From Opitutales bacterium (GTDB lineage Bacteria; Verrucomicrobiota; Verrucomicrobiia; Opitutales; UBA2987): DNA of 64,000 bases. The translations under genes were made by a program, and so were the position numbers. The notes below the pieces were generated by a model. The model was not told where the DNA came from and did not search any database. It saw only the letters and a list, made by a program, of their open reading frames with translations. Location: positions 1 through 64,000 of the forward strand of contig CBDDEL010000010.1 of NCBI GenBank assembly GCA_965226885.1, in the 5' to 3' direction. The number at the start of each line of letters is the position of its first letter. Within the stretch, counting starts at the first letter, position 1. Below, one piece after another: positions 41,695-52,228 of the stretch.

Positions 41695-43833
41695 TTAATT
41701 TTTGACAAAAAAATTAATGAGATTTTTTCGGATTTTTTTATATAAAAAAGGAAATTTTAGCAGATGATAATAATTGTTTTGAATATCTGTTAAGTGATCG
41801 GAATGCCCATTGCCTTTGCTATCTTTTGATAGACTTTTTTTCAAGCAATAAAGCTCGTTGTTTAAAGCATCATTGAGTTGGTCAACACCGAGGAAAGATT
41901 CCGTTATATTTTCCCCTAATTGACCCAACTCATTGATAATAAGTTCAATGCTTTTCATATGAGAGTAATAGTATTTAAAAGGAGACGGTGAGCGTCCCGC
42001 ATGCGGCGGCAGTCGTTTCTGGAAGAGACATTTGGGTATCACTCCCAGGTCGTGACCTTGCAGAGTAAAACGGACAAAAAATTCCCATTCCGGAGTGATG
42101 TTTTCAGGATCGGAGGTAAAGCCGCCCAATGATTGAAACACTTTGCTTTGAATGATGAAAACTTTTTCTCCGAAGCAGTTTTGCAGTAATCCGATTTCTG
42201 GTGAGGATCCAAGGAAATACCTGGATTGCCAAATGTTTTTGGGTGAACTTCCGTTCTTGGAAATCAGGTGGTAGTAAGAAGTCATGGCATCGGATTGACT
42301 ACTGCAGATTGCGTTTTGCATAGTTTCGACCATATCGGGTTCGGCCAGGCAATCATCCTCCATGAAAATCAGATAATCAGATTCAAATTGGGATAATTCG
42401 ATAGGGCGATTTTGAAAGCTCCAACCGTCCCTTTTAAAAGCATTTTTCAGGGAATTTAACACTGCATCACTTTTTCTGTCGGCATGTACAATGAGGTTGA
42501 AATTTTGACTGGATTGTTTTTCGAGCGAATGGAGGGATTTTTCAAGTTGGCCATTTTCCTTGCTTTGAGTGAGCAGGACGGAGGTGTTTGCTTCGGAGGA
42601 GGCCGTGGCAATAGCAGGGCCTTTTTTTAAGGCGTTGATCTCATCTTCAAGAAACTTGATAAATTGCCCCCATCCTTTTTCCGCTTTCTCCCGGCTATAA
42701 CGTTTGTAGGAGAGTTCGGCTAATTCGCCGTTGAAAGCCTGAGTTAATTTATTTAAGACACCTTGCGGCGTGGGCGGGGACAAGCGTTCCATGCTTCCAA
42801 ACAATTCCGGAATTCCGCCTGTGTGGGTTGAGATCACATTCAAGCCCATTTCAAGAGATTCGATTACGGTATAGGGAGAATTATCTACTAAAGAGGGGAT
42901 TACGACGAGTGCATCGGAATGCTCTCTCAAGTAATTTGTGGCTTGAAAATGATCGAAATCGGTATGGAATTCCCAAACAAAATTTTTGGGGAAACTAGAT
43001 TGATGGTTTCTCAGGTAATCCAACCCCTCCGGGCCATAGGAAAGGTTTGGCTTACCGAGAAAAGTGATTTTAAGATTTTTTTTCTGAAATTCCTTTTTTG
43101 CCGCTAGCAAGGCCAGGGCGTCGACGAATATTTCAAGACCTTTGCGGGTCTCCAGACGGCCAAAAAATATGAGGTGTTTTTTATTAAATTCTCTGACCGG
43201 CGCCTTTTCGATATTATCAATCAAAAGTGGAATGGCCCGCGCTTTATTTTTAATATTCCATCCCTGATCCAAAACGTAATCGAGCATGTAATTGACCGGA
43301 GTGACAATATGGTCGCACATTTCGGCTGTTTTCCTTTCCATGAAATCCATGTGCAGGTCTTTGCCGCCGGCATGGGAATAAACGCGATTTGCCTGTCGAA
43401 TCCATTTGCTGGGAGAATGAATGGTGCATGTAAACAGGGTGCTGCGAAAATGCAGACCTGCTTTTTTTGCCAAGGCAGAAACAAAGCCGGTGGCATTATT
43501 TTCCTGAAAGTGGCAGATATCATAAGAACACTGGCTCAATCGCTGGTAAAGGTTCAAGGACCAATCATGACCATAATGCATGTTCCCTAGGCTGGGTGTC
43601 TCGGAAAAAGCCGGGTAGTCCATGAAGTGCTCGAATGAGATATCGAGTTCATCTTTGAAGTAAGAACTCCAGTATTGTGAGTCTTTTTCCATTAATACAG
43701 GAGTACCAAGCAATACGGTGACCTCGTGTTGCAGGTTTTTGCGAAGAAATTTGGCCAGATAATAGCAGTGAGTGCCAATCCCGCCATTTTTTGTCGGGCC
43801 AGCCATCTCCATTGTAATTATGCAATGTTTCAT
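41695..43833 (-). CDS. Glycosyltransferase paralog (GT4 + degenerate GT2)
   Basis: Close paralog of 39446-41641. Confidence 0.88.
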   Translation of the reverse strand: MKHCIITMEMAGPTKNGGIGTHCYYLAKFLRKNLQHEVTVLLGTPVLMEKDSQYWSSYFKDELDISFEHFMDYPAFSETPSLGNMHYGHDWSLNLYQRLSQCSYDICHFQENNATGFVSALAKKAGLHFRSTLFTCTIHSPSKWIRQANRVYSHAGGKDLHMDFMERKTAEMCDHIVTPVNYMLDYVLDQGWNIKNKARAIPLLIDNIEKAPVREFNKKHLIFFGRLETRKGLEIFVDALALLAAKKEFQKKNLKITFLGKPNLSYGPEGLDYLRNHQSSFPKNFVWEFHTDFDHFQATNYLREHSDALVVIPSLVDNSPYTVIESLEMGLNVISTHTGGIPELFGSMERLSPPTPQGVLNKLTQAFNGELAELSYKRYSREKAEKGWGQFIKFLEDEINALKKGPAIATASSEANTSVLLTQSKENGQLEKSLHSLEKQSSQNFNLIVHADRKSDAVLNSLKNAFKRDGWSFQNRPIELSQFESDYLIFMEDDCLAEPDMVETMQNAICSSQSDAMTSYYHLISKNGSSPKNIWQSRYFLGSSPEIGLLQNCFGEKVFIIQSKVFQSLGGFTSDPENITPEWEFFVRFTLQGHDLGVIPKCLFQKRLPPHAGRSPSPFKYYYSHMKSIELIINELGQLGENITESFLGVDQLNDALNNELYCLKKSLSKDSKGNGHSDHLTDIQNNYYHLLKFPFLYKKIRKNLINFFVKN

Positions 43834-43881
43834 GCAAGTTAAGCTCAGGAGTGAGATTGATTTAGAGGCGTATCCTTTAAA

Positions 43882-44532
43882 TTAAGGTTTGTTTTCAGTT
43901 CCGTTAGGCTTTATTTTTTTACCCAGTAACCTGTGACCTGAAGCGGCGCTAGGCACGCAATTGGTCGAATGGACGCACAGATAACGCAACAATGGAAAAA
44001 GAAAGAACCTTAATGTTTTATAAAGTAAAGTAGGTTGAGACCAGAGCCAGCGCTCAGAGATCCAGGCCAAAGTATGGTAAATATTGTGCACCGGCTCAAC
44101 TATTATCACCTCGAAGCCATGATTTTCGGCCAGTTTAGTTATCCCATCCTTGGTATATCTCTGGAAGTCGGTGGGGTCGAGATGCTCGGGTTGCAAAAAG
44201 GGGATGACCAGATAGAGAATGCCGTTGGGTTTTAATACCCGGAAAAACTCCGTCATGACTTCGTCTGGATTGGCTACATGTTCCAGCACGGCGTTGCATA
44301 TTATAGTGTCAAAAAACCCGTCCTCCTTGGGGATTTTGTGCAATGGGGAGTATATGTCGATGTTGGTGTTGTGGGTGCCCTCTTCGATGTCCTGGTTGAA
44401 CAATTCTCCATCCACGAGGTCGGAAATATCTCTGGCCCCGGCACCCGCGTTGAGGACTTTGCCAGTAAAATATTTTTTGTATTCCCCAATTTCTTCGTCA
44501 ATATCGGGCCAAACGACGGCGTAATTTTTCAT
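43882..44532 (-). CDS. Class I SAM-dependent methyltransferase (glycan-locus type)
   Basis: VLNAGAG, FDTIICNAVLEHV, RVLKPNG, DFQRYT. Confidence 0.88.
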   Translation of the reverse strand: MKNYAVVWPDIDEEIGEYKKYFTGKVLNAGAGARDISDLVDGELFNQDIEEGTHNTNIDIYSPLHKIPKEDGFFDTIICNAVLEHVANPDEVMTEFFRVLKPNGILYLVIPFLQPEHLDPTDFQRYTKDGITKLAENHGFEVIIVEPVHNIYHTLAWISERWLWSQPTLLYKTLRFFLFPLLRYLCVHSTNCVPSAASGHRLLGKKIKPNGTENKP

Positions 44533-44801
44533 TGATAAGCAAGCATGGATCCAGTGTTAAAAAATAACAAGGCCGGTTGTTTTCGGGCCATGTTTTCGAG
44601 CTGTTTGATTTTCGCTCCCGGCGGCAATTGTCAACCTGAATCTGACCGTATCCGAGCTGGTATTGAGGAAAAATTCATAAATAACGATGCTCCAACCGGA
44701 CATAATGGCCCCATTTTTGATTGGAATGGTTCTAATTTTTGGTCTCAAGACCGCTTTCTTGGTTGGAAAATGGAAATAAATTTAGCATTTATAGTTATTC
44801 G

Positions 44802-46211
44802 ATGATGTTGAAAACCGATTTTTTCATGAAATCCATTTTGACCATTCAGCGGCGTCTAGATTGGGGTATAGTCCGGTCGGCGGCTTGTTTTTGCGCTTGT
44901 TTCGGGGCTGCCGGGGCTATGGCGGCGCCTCAAGTCTTGCCGGAGGGTCTTTTCCCTGAACTCAATGCTTTGCTGGCGGTAGCCTTGAAGCAGTCACCCA
45001 CCATCGATATGGGTCGAATGAGGGTTGACGAGGCCGAAGGCAATCTTGAGAGCGCCGAGGGTCGGCGAAAAATACACCTCAACACCTATGGCCGGGCCAC
45101 CGTCAGAAATCAGAATCGCGATGACATTAGCGGCGACACCACACAGGGCCTGCTTTATGCCAACCTGCAGTTAACGAAGCCTCTTTTCCATTGGGGAAGC
45201 TTGCAGGCAGGCGAGGAAATGGGGGAGCTTCGTTTCGATCAGGCATTGGGCAGTCTTTTTACGATCAAGGAGAATCTACTGGTCGATGTGAGGAACCTCT
45301 ACCTGCAATTGGCCTTTACCCGGCAATCTCGAGGGCTCCATGAAAAAAATCTGGAGCTGGGGGAAAAGCTGATCGGCAATCAGGAGCGTTTGCTCGACCT
45401 GGGGCAGACCACGCCACAACAATTATTGGAAACCCGCCTCTTGCTGCACCAGTTTGAGGAAAATTTGCTCTCGACCGAAAAATACATTTATTATCTTGAA
45501 GATCGCCTCGGGGAAGCCACCGGGACAACGATTTTGCCGGGAGCATTGGGCAATTTGCCATTTCCGCCGGTCATGCCCCTGGTAGAGCTAGAAGCGGAAC
45601 GCATCCGGCAGGTTTTGCACAACTCGCTTCCTCAGGCTCCCAGCATCTTGCACTGGCGAAAAAACCTTGAGATCGAAAAACTTAACTGGAAAGCCCTGCG
45701 GCAGCGTACTAAGCCTAAATTGGACCTGGTGCTGGGCGCTTTTCAGGATCAGGTAGATACGGTTTCGACGGATCAATTTGTCAATCGTTTCAATTATTTT
45801 GCCGGGTTTCAGGTCAACTGGAATATCTTTGACGGTTTTGAAACCAGAGGAAAGCTCACCAGTTCCCGCGCCCGGCAGCGAATTTATGAATTGCAGATGG
45901 AGCAGGCCGAGAGGGCGCTGGCCCAGGAAGGGCGCCAGTTCTTGCGGGAAATCCTCTTCCTCGAACGCCAAATGGCCAATCGCGAAAAAAAGCTCTCCCT
46001 TTTACGTCAACAAATCGCCCTTAAAGAAAAACAGGTTGAGGAAGGGCTTATCCCGGCTAATGAATATATTCGGGAAACTATTGATTTTGAAAATGCCAAT
46101 ATCGAACTTATGCGAACCAAGGTCGATTACTTGTTGGGCATATCTAGGCTTTATATTGTGATGGGCGAGGATCCGTTTTTACAGCAGCGTCCCGAAGCGA
46201 TCAAGCCTTGA
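44802..46211 (+). CDS. TolC-family outer-membrane efflux protein
   Basis: Signal peptide, PLFHWG and WNIFDG repeats, helical barrel pattern; start uncertain. Confidence 0.85.
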   Translation: MMLKTDFFMKSILTIQRRLDWGIVRSAACFCACFGAAGAMAAPQVLPEGLFPELNALLAVALKQSPTIDMGRMRVDEAEGNLESAEGRRKIHLNTYGRATVRNQNRDDISGDTTQGLLYANLQLTKPLFHWGSLQAGEEMGELRFDQALGSLFTIKENLLVDVRNLYLQLAFTRQSRGLHEKNLELGEKLIGNQERLLDLGQTTPQQLLETRLLLHQFEENLLSTEKYIYYLEDRLGEATGTTILPGALGNLPFPPVMPLVELEAERIRQVLHNSLPQAPSILHWRKNLEIEKLNWKALRQRTKPKLDLVLGAFQDQVDTVSTDQFVNRFNYFAGFQVNWNIFDGFETRGKLTSSRARQRIYELQMEQAERALAQEGRQFLREILFLERQMANREKKLSLLRQQIALKEKQVEEGLIPANEYIRETIDFENANIELMRTKVDYLLGISRLYIVMGEDPFLQQRPEAIKP

Positions 46212-46240
46212 CCGGAGGTATTGCTTTTTTTTGTGAAATT

Positions 46241-47356
46241 ATGAAAATTTTAACCCGAAGCATCCTTGTTTTTTTAATATTGGGGGGAGTGGTTTACTTC
46301 CTCATCGGCCGCTTGCAGGTGGAGGTTCCGGTAACCCAGGCCGTCACCGGGACGGCGGTAGACGCGGTCACCGGCATCATCAAAGTGGTTCCTTCGGTCG
46401 AAATCAGGCTGAAGACGGAAATCCAGGGCCGGGTGTTGGAGACGCCGGCTAAATTGGGCCAATCCTTCAAAAAAGGAGATGTGCTGGTGGTGCTGGGTAC
46501 TGCCGACCTGGAGATCAATCTGGCCATGAAGGAAATTCAGCTCGAAGCCGGGGTGGCGCGGGCCAAGGCAGGATTTACCCAGGAGTTGGATATCGCCAAT
46601 CTGGAGGGAGAGATTCTCAAAATCGCTGAGATGCAGGAATTCGGCCAATCCTCGGTATCCGATCTGGAGAAGCGCAAACGGGAATTGGGAAAACTGGAAA
46701 TCTGGCTGCAGAGGGAAAAAATCAATCGAACGGAAACCCTCGAATTGCTCGGGCATCAAATAATGCAGCTTCAGGCTCAAATTGAGAAATCCAAAATACG
46801 GGCGCCTTTTGACGGTCTCGTAACCGAACTCCTTGTTATCCCCGGAGACATTATTTTTCCGGGCAACGCAGTGGGCCGTCTGATTTCGCACAAAAGGGCA
46901 GTGCACCTGACCTTGAGCGAGGAAGATTTCGAAAATGTGGAAAAAGGCCTGGAAGCCACCATGCGTTTTGCCAGTTACCCAAATCTACCGATCCGGGGGG
47001 AGGTGAATTTTCTCGCCCCGACTGCCGATCCCGATCAGAAAAATCGTCTTGTTTTCCTGGAGGCCGATGCACCCCCTGAACTGCTGGTCTCCGGTCTCAC
47101 GGGAGAAGCGATCCTCATAAAGGCCCGTCGTGAAGGCGCTATTCTGATCCCCCGCCGAGGCCTGATTGGAAACAGGGTCTATGTAATTTCTGATAATCAA
47201 GTGGAAATCAGGAAAGTCCGGTCCGGCTTTGCCGGCCTCAACAAGGCTGAAATTCTTGAAGGGTTGGAACCCGGGGAATGGGTCGTGCTGGAGGATCAGA
47301 GTTCTTTGCGCGCCGGGCAAAAGGTTAAACCCATGCCGGAGCCAGTGGAAAATTAA
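46241..47356 (+). CDS. Periplasmic adaptor (MFP, MacA-like)
   Basis: N-terminal TM, GQSFKKGDVL, IRAPFDG, EILEGLEPGE. Confidence 0.88.
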   Translation: MKILTRSILVFLILGGVVYFLIGRLQVEVPVTQAVTGTAVDAVTGIIKVVPSVEIRLKTEIQGRVLETPAKLGQSFKKGDVLVVLGTADLEINLAMKEIQLEAGVARAKAGFTQELDIANLEGEILKIAEMQEFGQSSVSDLEKRKRELGKLEIWLQREKINRTETLELLGHQIMQLQAQIEKSKIRAPFDGLVTELLVIPGDIIFPGNAVGRLISHKRAVHLTLSEEDFENVEKGLEATMRFASYPNLPIRGEVNFLAPTADPDQKNRLVFLEADAPPELLVSGLTGEAILIKARREGAILIPRRGLIGNRVYVISDNQVEIRKVRSGFAGLNKAEILEGLEPGEWVVLEDQSSLRAGQKVKPMPEPVEN

Positions 47357-47456
47357 TGGAACATGCACTTATGCAAATATTATCGGCTATGATGAGGGAC
47401 ACCAAAATGCAGAAAATAGTAGTCAGGATTTCCCAAACCAGTTTCCCACATATTGC

Positions 47457-48707
47457 ATGAAGTGTAATTTTCAAATCGCCATTCGCTTCCTTCTGGCAAA
47501 AAAGAGGGCTATGTTGATGACCCTTGCCGGGATCGTCTTCGGGGTGGCTTTTTTCATCGTCACCCAGGCCCAGACACACGGGTTTGAAGATTTTTTTATC
47601 CGCACCGTGCTGGGCGCCAACGGTGCGCTGCGGGTGCAGGACAAATTCCAGAATCCCGTTACCAGCCTGATGGCTGATGGCGGGGATTCAACCGAAGGTT
47701 TTCAGGTCCCTCTGAAGGAGGGACGCACTTATATCTCCGGTATCGCCCATCCTGCCGCATTAACAGAATCAGTGAAGAAATTTTCCAGTGTGTCCGGTGT
47801 ATCGGAGGTGTTGGCCGGCAGGGCTTCTGTCAGTAGCGGTTTCAGAAGTTTGAAAACGGAGGTTCTTGGAATCCGCATGGACGACCATCTTTCCGTAACC
47901 GATCTTGCCAAGCAGATCCGTTTCGGCAGCCTGGCCCGCTACGGCGAAGAACCGAAAGGCATCCTCATAGGCGTTCGTCTTGCCGGCCGATTGCAGATAG
48001 ATGTCGGCGACACTCTATTTTTGGAGTATATGGGTGCCAGGCGTCGTTTCCGGTTGACCGGGATTTTTGAAACCGGCGTCGGCCAATACGACTTGGCGCG
48101 AACTTTTATCCATCTTGAGGAAGCCCGTTTATTGTTCAACAAGCCCTATGGAAGCAGCTATTTGCAGGTATCGCTTTTTGATCCAGAGAAGGCCCCACAA
48201 GTGGCTCTGCACCTGGAGGAGACTCTTCAGCATAACGTCGATAGCTGGCAGGAGCGGGAAAAGACCTGGCTGGAAGTGTTTCGCGTCCTGCGTTTTTCAT
48301 CGGGTATTACCATGGCCTCGATTATTGTCATCGCCGGGCTGGGTATGTTCAACACCCTGGCCATGATCGTGATGGAGCGTCAGCGCGAAATCGCCATCTT
48401 GCGCTCAATCGGCTACACTCGGGGGGATATCATTTCCATTTTCCTGCAACAGGGAATGGCCGTTCTGTTGGCCGGTATTTTATTGGGATGGATTCTGGCT
48501 CTGGCCTTGACCTATGGCGTTTCCAGCTTGCCCATACATATTCGGGGGGTTTTCTCGGCCGATACTTTTGTCGTAAAATGGTCGCTTTCCCATTACCTCT
48601 GGGGGGGCTTTATTGCGGCCATGGTAATTTTTCTGGCCAGCTTTTTACCGGCCCGAAGAGCAGCCCGCATCGATCCAGGCGAAGTTATCCGGAGGATGGG
48701 CGGATGA
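47457..48707 (+). CDS. ABC permease (MacB/LolE/FtsX family)
   Basis: One TM, periplasmic domain, ERQREIAILRSIG, PARRAARIDP. Confidence 0.9.
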   Translation: MKCNFQIAIRFLLAKKRAMLMTLAGIVFGVAFFIVTQAQTHGFEDFFIRTVLGANGALRVQDKFQNPVTSLMADGGDSTEGFQVPLKEGRTYISGIAHPAALTESVKKFSSVSGVSEVLAGRASVSSGFRSLKTEVLGIRMDDHLSVTDLAKQIRFGSLARYGEEPKGILIGVRLAGRLQIDVGDTLFLEYMGARRRFRLTGIFETGVGQYDLARTFIHLEEARLLFNKPYGSSYLQVSLFDPEKAPQVALHLEETLQHNVDSWQEREKTWLEVFRVLRFSSGITMASIIVIAGLGMFNTLAMIVMERQREIAILRSIGYTRGDIISIFLQQGMAVLLAGILLGWILALALTYGVSSLPIHIRGVFSADTFVVKWSLSHYLWGGFIAAMVIFLASFLPARRAARIDPGEVIRRMGG

Positions 48708-50194
48708 CGGAAACTGCACAGGTTAACGGAGATGGCATTGTCCTTAAAACCAGCAATTTGCATCGTTGGCTGGGAAAAGAGGAAAATCGTGTTCATGCCT
48801 TGAGGGGAGTCAGTCTTTCCTTGGAAGCGGGAAAAATCCATGCCGTGGTGGGGCCCAGCGGCTGCGGAAAAAGTACCTTGCTTTATTTGCTCGGTTTGCT
48901 GGATCGGCCCGATGAGGGCGACATCTGGCTCCATGAAAAACGTATGTCGGCGGCCTCTGAAGACCAGCGCACCCCATTTCGCAACGAACATATCGGATTC
49001 GTTTTTCAGTTTCATTTCCTCATGCCCGAATTTACGGCGGCGGAAAACATCATGCTGCCCATGCGCAAGCTCAACCGCCTTTCGGAAAAAGAAATGAAGG
49101 AGCGCACCAGGCAAATACTGCAGGATATCGACCTTGAGGATAAAGGCGATCGACTGGCCTATCATCTTTCCGGCGGAGAGCAGCAAAGAGTGGCCGTGGG
49201 GCGGGCCCTGGCCAACTTTCCCGGCCTTCTCCTGGCCGATGAGCCGACCGGCAATCTGGACCGGAAAAATTCCGACAGCATCTTCGGATTACTCTGTCGA
49301 TTGGCTCGTGAAAAGGACATGGCTGTGCTCATCGTGACCCACAATCTGGAACTTGCCCGGCAATGCGACCGCACCTTTTCCCTGGTTGACGGCAGTTTGA
49401 TATCCCAACCGCAATTCGGTTATGAGGGTAAAAAACCGAGCATTTCATATTTTATTTGCACAACCCAGAGATCGGGCACCCATTTACTCAATGAAGCGTT
49501 AAGAAATACGGGGCTGGGGGGAAGACCGGGGGAATGGCTGGAACCTGAATTTAAGACTGGACGACATCCTATTGTGGAGTTATTGCCTGACCAGCCGGAT
49601 AAATTTCTGGACTATATATTCGATAAAGGAATGGGGCCCAACGGCGTCTTCGGCTGCAATGTATTTTCGTGGAGCCAACGACCTTTCTCCAAATACATTA
49701 ATTTGTTGGAGACAATACCCCACTGTGAAAAAGCAAAAGGCATTGACGCCTTGAAGAAGATTTTTCCTAACCTTCACTTTATCCATTTAACCCGAAGAAA
49801 TAGGTTGCGCCAGGCGATTTCGGTGGTCAAAGCCCGCCAGACAGATATATTTTCAAAATTGAAAGGCATCGAAAAAAAATACGAAAAAGAACCTGCTTAC
49901 AACTATGAAGAAATTAAATATTGGCGAGAATATTTGGATAAAAGCGATATTTATTGGGATGGGTTTTTTCACGGAATAGGGATTGAGCCATTCCGGGTTG
50001 TCTATGAGGATTTGGTTGAGAATTACGAGGAGACCGCCCTTGTCATCCTCGATTTTCTGGGTATCAAGCATCCTCCCGATTTGCAGTTCGCGCCCCGATA
50101 CTTTTTAAAGCAGGCTGACCATATTAACGATGAATGGGAGCAAAAATTCCTTGCGGCCGAGGCCGAATCTTCAATAGAAAACTTCGGCCCCTGA
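48704..50194 (+). CDS. LolD/MacB-type ABC ATPase fused to a Stf0-family sulfotransferase
   Basis: GPSGCGKST, LSGGEQQR, LADEPTGNLD, VTHN; then TTQRSGTHLL, RRNRLRQAIS, VVYEDL, KQAD. Confidence 0.88.
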   Translation: MTETAQVNGDGIVLKTSNLHRWLGKEENRVHALRGVSLSLEAGKIHAVVGPSGCGKSTLLYLLGLLDRPDEGDIWLHEKRMSAASEDQRTPFRNEHIGFVFQFHFLMPEFTAAENIMLPMRKLNRLSEKEMKERTRQILQDIDLEDKGDRLAYHLSGGEQQRVAVGRALANFPGLLLADEPTGNLDRKNSDSIFGLLCRLAREKDMAVLIVTHNLELARQCDRTFSLVDGSLISQPQFGYEGKKPSISYFICTTQRSGTHLLNEALRNTGLGGRPGEWLEPEFKTGRHPIVELLPDQPDKFLDYIFDKGMGPNGVFGCNVFSWSQRPFSKYINLLETIPHCEKAKGIDALKKIFPNLHFIHLTRRNRLRQAISVVKARQTDIFSKLKGIEKKYEKEPAYNYEEIKYWREYLDKSDIYWDGFFHGIGIEPFRVVYEDLVENYEETALVILDFLGIKHPPDLQFAPRYFLKQADHINDEWEQKFLAAEAESSIENFGP

Positions 50195-50338
50195 GAGGCC
50201 GCGATGTTTCTTTTTCTCTGGAAAAAGCAATCCGTTCACTGTATCGAACTTTTACAATACAATATAGGTCTCCGCGACTAAGTGGTATTAAATATCTGTA
50301 TTTTAATGATAATTATTCCGAATCAAAAAAACGATCAT

Positions 50339-50872
50339 GGAATGGAATTGAAGCGTCCCGGGATAGAGCTTGTAAACCCGATCCTCTATGGTGGTTTGGA
50401 CAAGATCGGGAAAGAACACACAACTGGCACTGTTAATTTTCGAGGGTGCCGTCGCCAATGGAAAAGTTTTTGGGGTGGCTTGTTTTTTCTGGCTGCCTTG
50501 CTCGTTTCTCCCGCCATTGTCCGTGGGCACCACCCACATGATGTGGTCGATTCCTTTGCCGTCTCCCCGAATTATTCCCAGGAAGAAACCCTGTTTTTTG
50601 CCTCAAAAAGATCCATCAACCTGTCCATGCCCAGCCAGGATGGAGGTTTTCCCTGGGAGTTGGCCCGGTCGGGGATGAGATCGACGCAGAGTAGCTCCAT
50701 CGTTGTTGATACGAACTTGGGTTATTCTGGAGCCGCTTATGTGGTGGCCGCGGACGATTTGGAAATCCGTGTTCTCGGGAAAAAAAATCCGGAGTCCTCC
50801 GGTGCGAAGGTGGCAATCGATGCCATAGAGGTCGTCTTTCGGGATCCCACTAAGGGCCTGGTCAAACTGTAG
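50339..50872 (+). CDS. Exported hypothetical protein, possibly an internally deleted relic
   Basis: Signal-like segment, HHPHDVV...SPNY, SQDGG..W BNR-like motif, C-terminal VLGKKN..SSG...IDAIEV; start uncertain. Confidence 0.45.
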   Translation, partial: GMELKRPGIELVNPILYGGLDKIGKEHTTGTVNFRGCRRQWKSFWGGLFFLAALLVSPAIVRGHHPHDVVDSFAVSPNYSQEETLFFASKRSINLSMPSQDGGFPWELARSGMRSTQSSSIVVDTNLGYSGAAYVVAADDLEIRVLGKKNPESSGAKVAIDAIEVVFRDPTKGLVKL

Positions 50873-50917
50873 GGTATTTCACTCGCGAAATGTAGTGGAA
50901 AGTTTTGCATTTGGTTT

Positions 50918-51426
50918 ATGAAGCCCAAGTTATGTTATTTCATCTGCACCACGCAAAGGGCGGGCACTCACTTGCTCAATGAGGCATTGAGGACCACTGG
51001 GTTGGCCGGAAACCCCGGGGAGTGGCTGGAACCTGATTTTGAAACCGGACGCCACCATCTGCGGGAGCTTTTGCCGGACAAACCCGACGAATACCTGAAC
51101 TACCTATACCAAAATGGAACCGGATCGAATGGGGTTTTCGGGTGCAATGCGTTCTGGTGGGGTTGTTGCAGCTTTAATAAATGCCTGGAGTTGCTGGAAG
51201 CCATGCCCGTATGTGAAAATCTCCGGGGTATCAATGCCTTGAATAAAATTTTTCCCAAACTCCGATTTATCCATTTAATCCGTCAAAACAAACTTCGTCA
51301 GGCCATATCCAGTGTGAAAGCGCGGCAAACGAATGTTTACTCACAATGGCGGGGACTGGAGTTCAATAAAAACGAACGAGAGCCCGAATTCATCTACCGG
51401 GACATCAAAAAGAGGTTAAATTTTGC
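50918..51426 (+). pseudogene. Stf0-family sulfotransferase, truncated by IS1
   Basis: Paralog of the fused domain (YFICTTQRAGTHLL...LRQAIS); ends at the IS1 boundary. Confidence 0.88.
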
Positions 51427-52228
51427 GGTAGTGTATTAAGTAGGAATGGTGGCTAATTCCTGATTATATTGATGAATGAAAAGTCTCAGACAGGTTTCAT
51501 GCATACTCTTAAGCTTGGAAAAGGAGAGGGTTTTGCGTGTGAAACGACCCAGTCGTTGGCGCAGGGTATTGTTCCATCGTTCCACATGGGCCGTTTCACC
51601 GGTTTCTTTTCCCACGGATCGGTTATGAGGAAAGACTTCATCATAAGTGCTCCAAAAGTCGCTGTAGGTGGCACATCTTTTGTAGGCCCGTGGCAGACGC
51701 TCGTAAAGTTCCCGGCAACGATACCAATCCCGAGGCCCAATGGCATAGGAGAGGATTTGACGGGTGCGTCGGCAAAGAGCGATCCAAACCCATTGGGCAT
51801 CGCTCTTGCGCCCCACAAAAGACCACAGTTCGTCCAGTTCAATGACATCATGGCGGCGGGCCGCAAGAATCGTGCTTTTGAGCGGTCGCAGCGATTGTCG
51901 TTTTTTTTAACCAACTCAAAACGGTGTTGGGACTCACCCCGAAGGCGCGCTGTAAACCGCGTAGACTGCTGCGTTCCTGATAGACTCGAAGGATCATTTC
52001 TTTTTGCTCTTCGGTGTATTTCACTGTGGGGTTTTCGCGGCTTTGTTTACCACAATCATGGCAGCGGTAGCGCTGTTTATGGTTGGGCGTCTTGCCAAAT
52101 TTAATGATATTTTCACTTCCACAGTGCCGACAATTAATAATTTTAGTAACCATGCACTAAAAATAAACTGCCTAACGCTATTTGTACAGCTAAAAATACA
52201 AAATAACATTCTTTTTTTATACACTACC
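51427..52228 (-). mobile_element. IS1-family element, copy 2 (802 bp), no TSD
   Basis: Near-identical to 30233-31034; InsA/InsB at 51436-52153. Confidence 0.95.

Noticed and set aside
36749..43833. Diversity-generating retroelement or retron behind the repeats and paralogs
   Set aside because: No reverse transcriptase, and the 189-bp repeat is exact with no adenine-specific variation
47229..48703. Extended N-termini of the permease (47229) and ATPase (48488) in the ORF track
   Set aside because: They overlap upstream genes; ATG 47457 and the ATGA-coupled ATG 48704 fit family lengths
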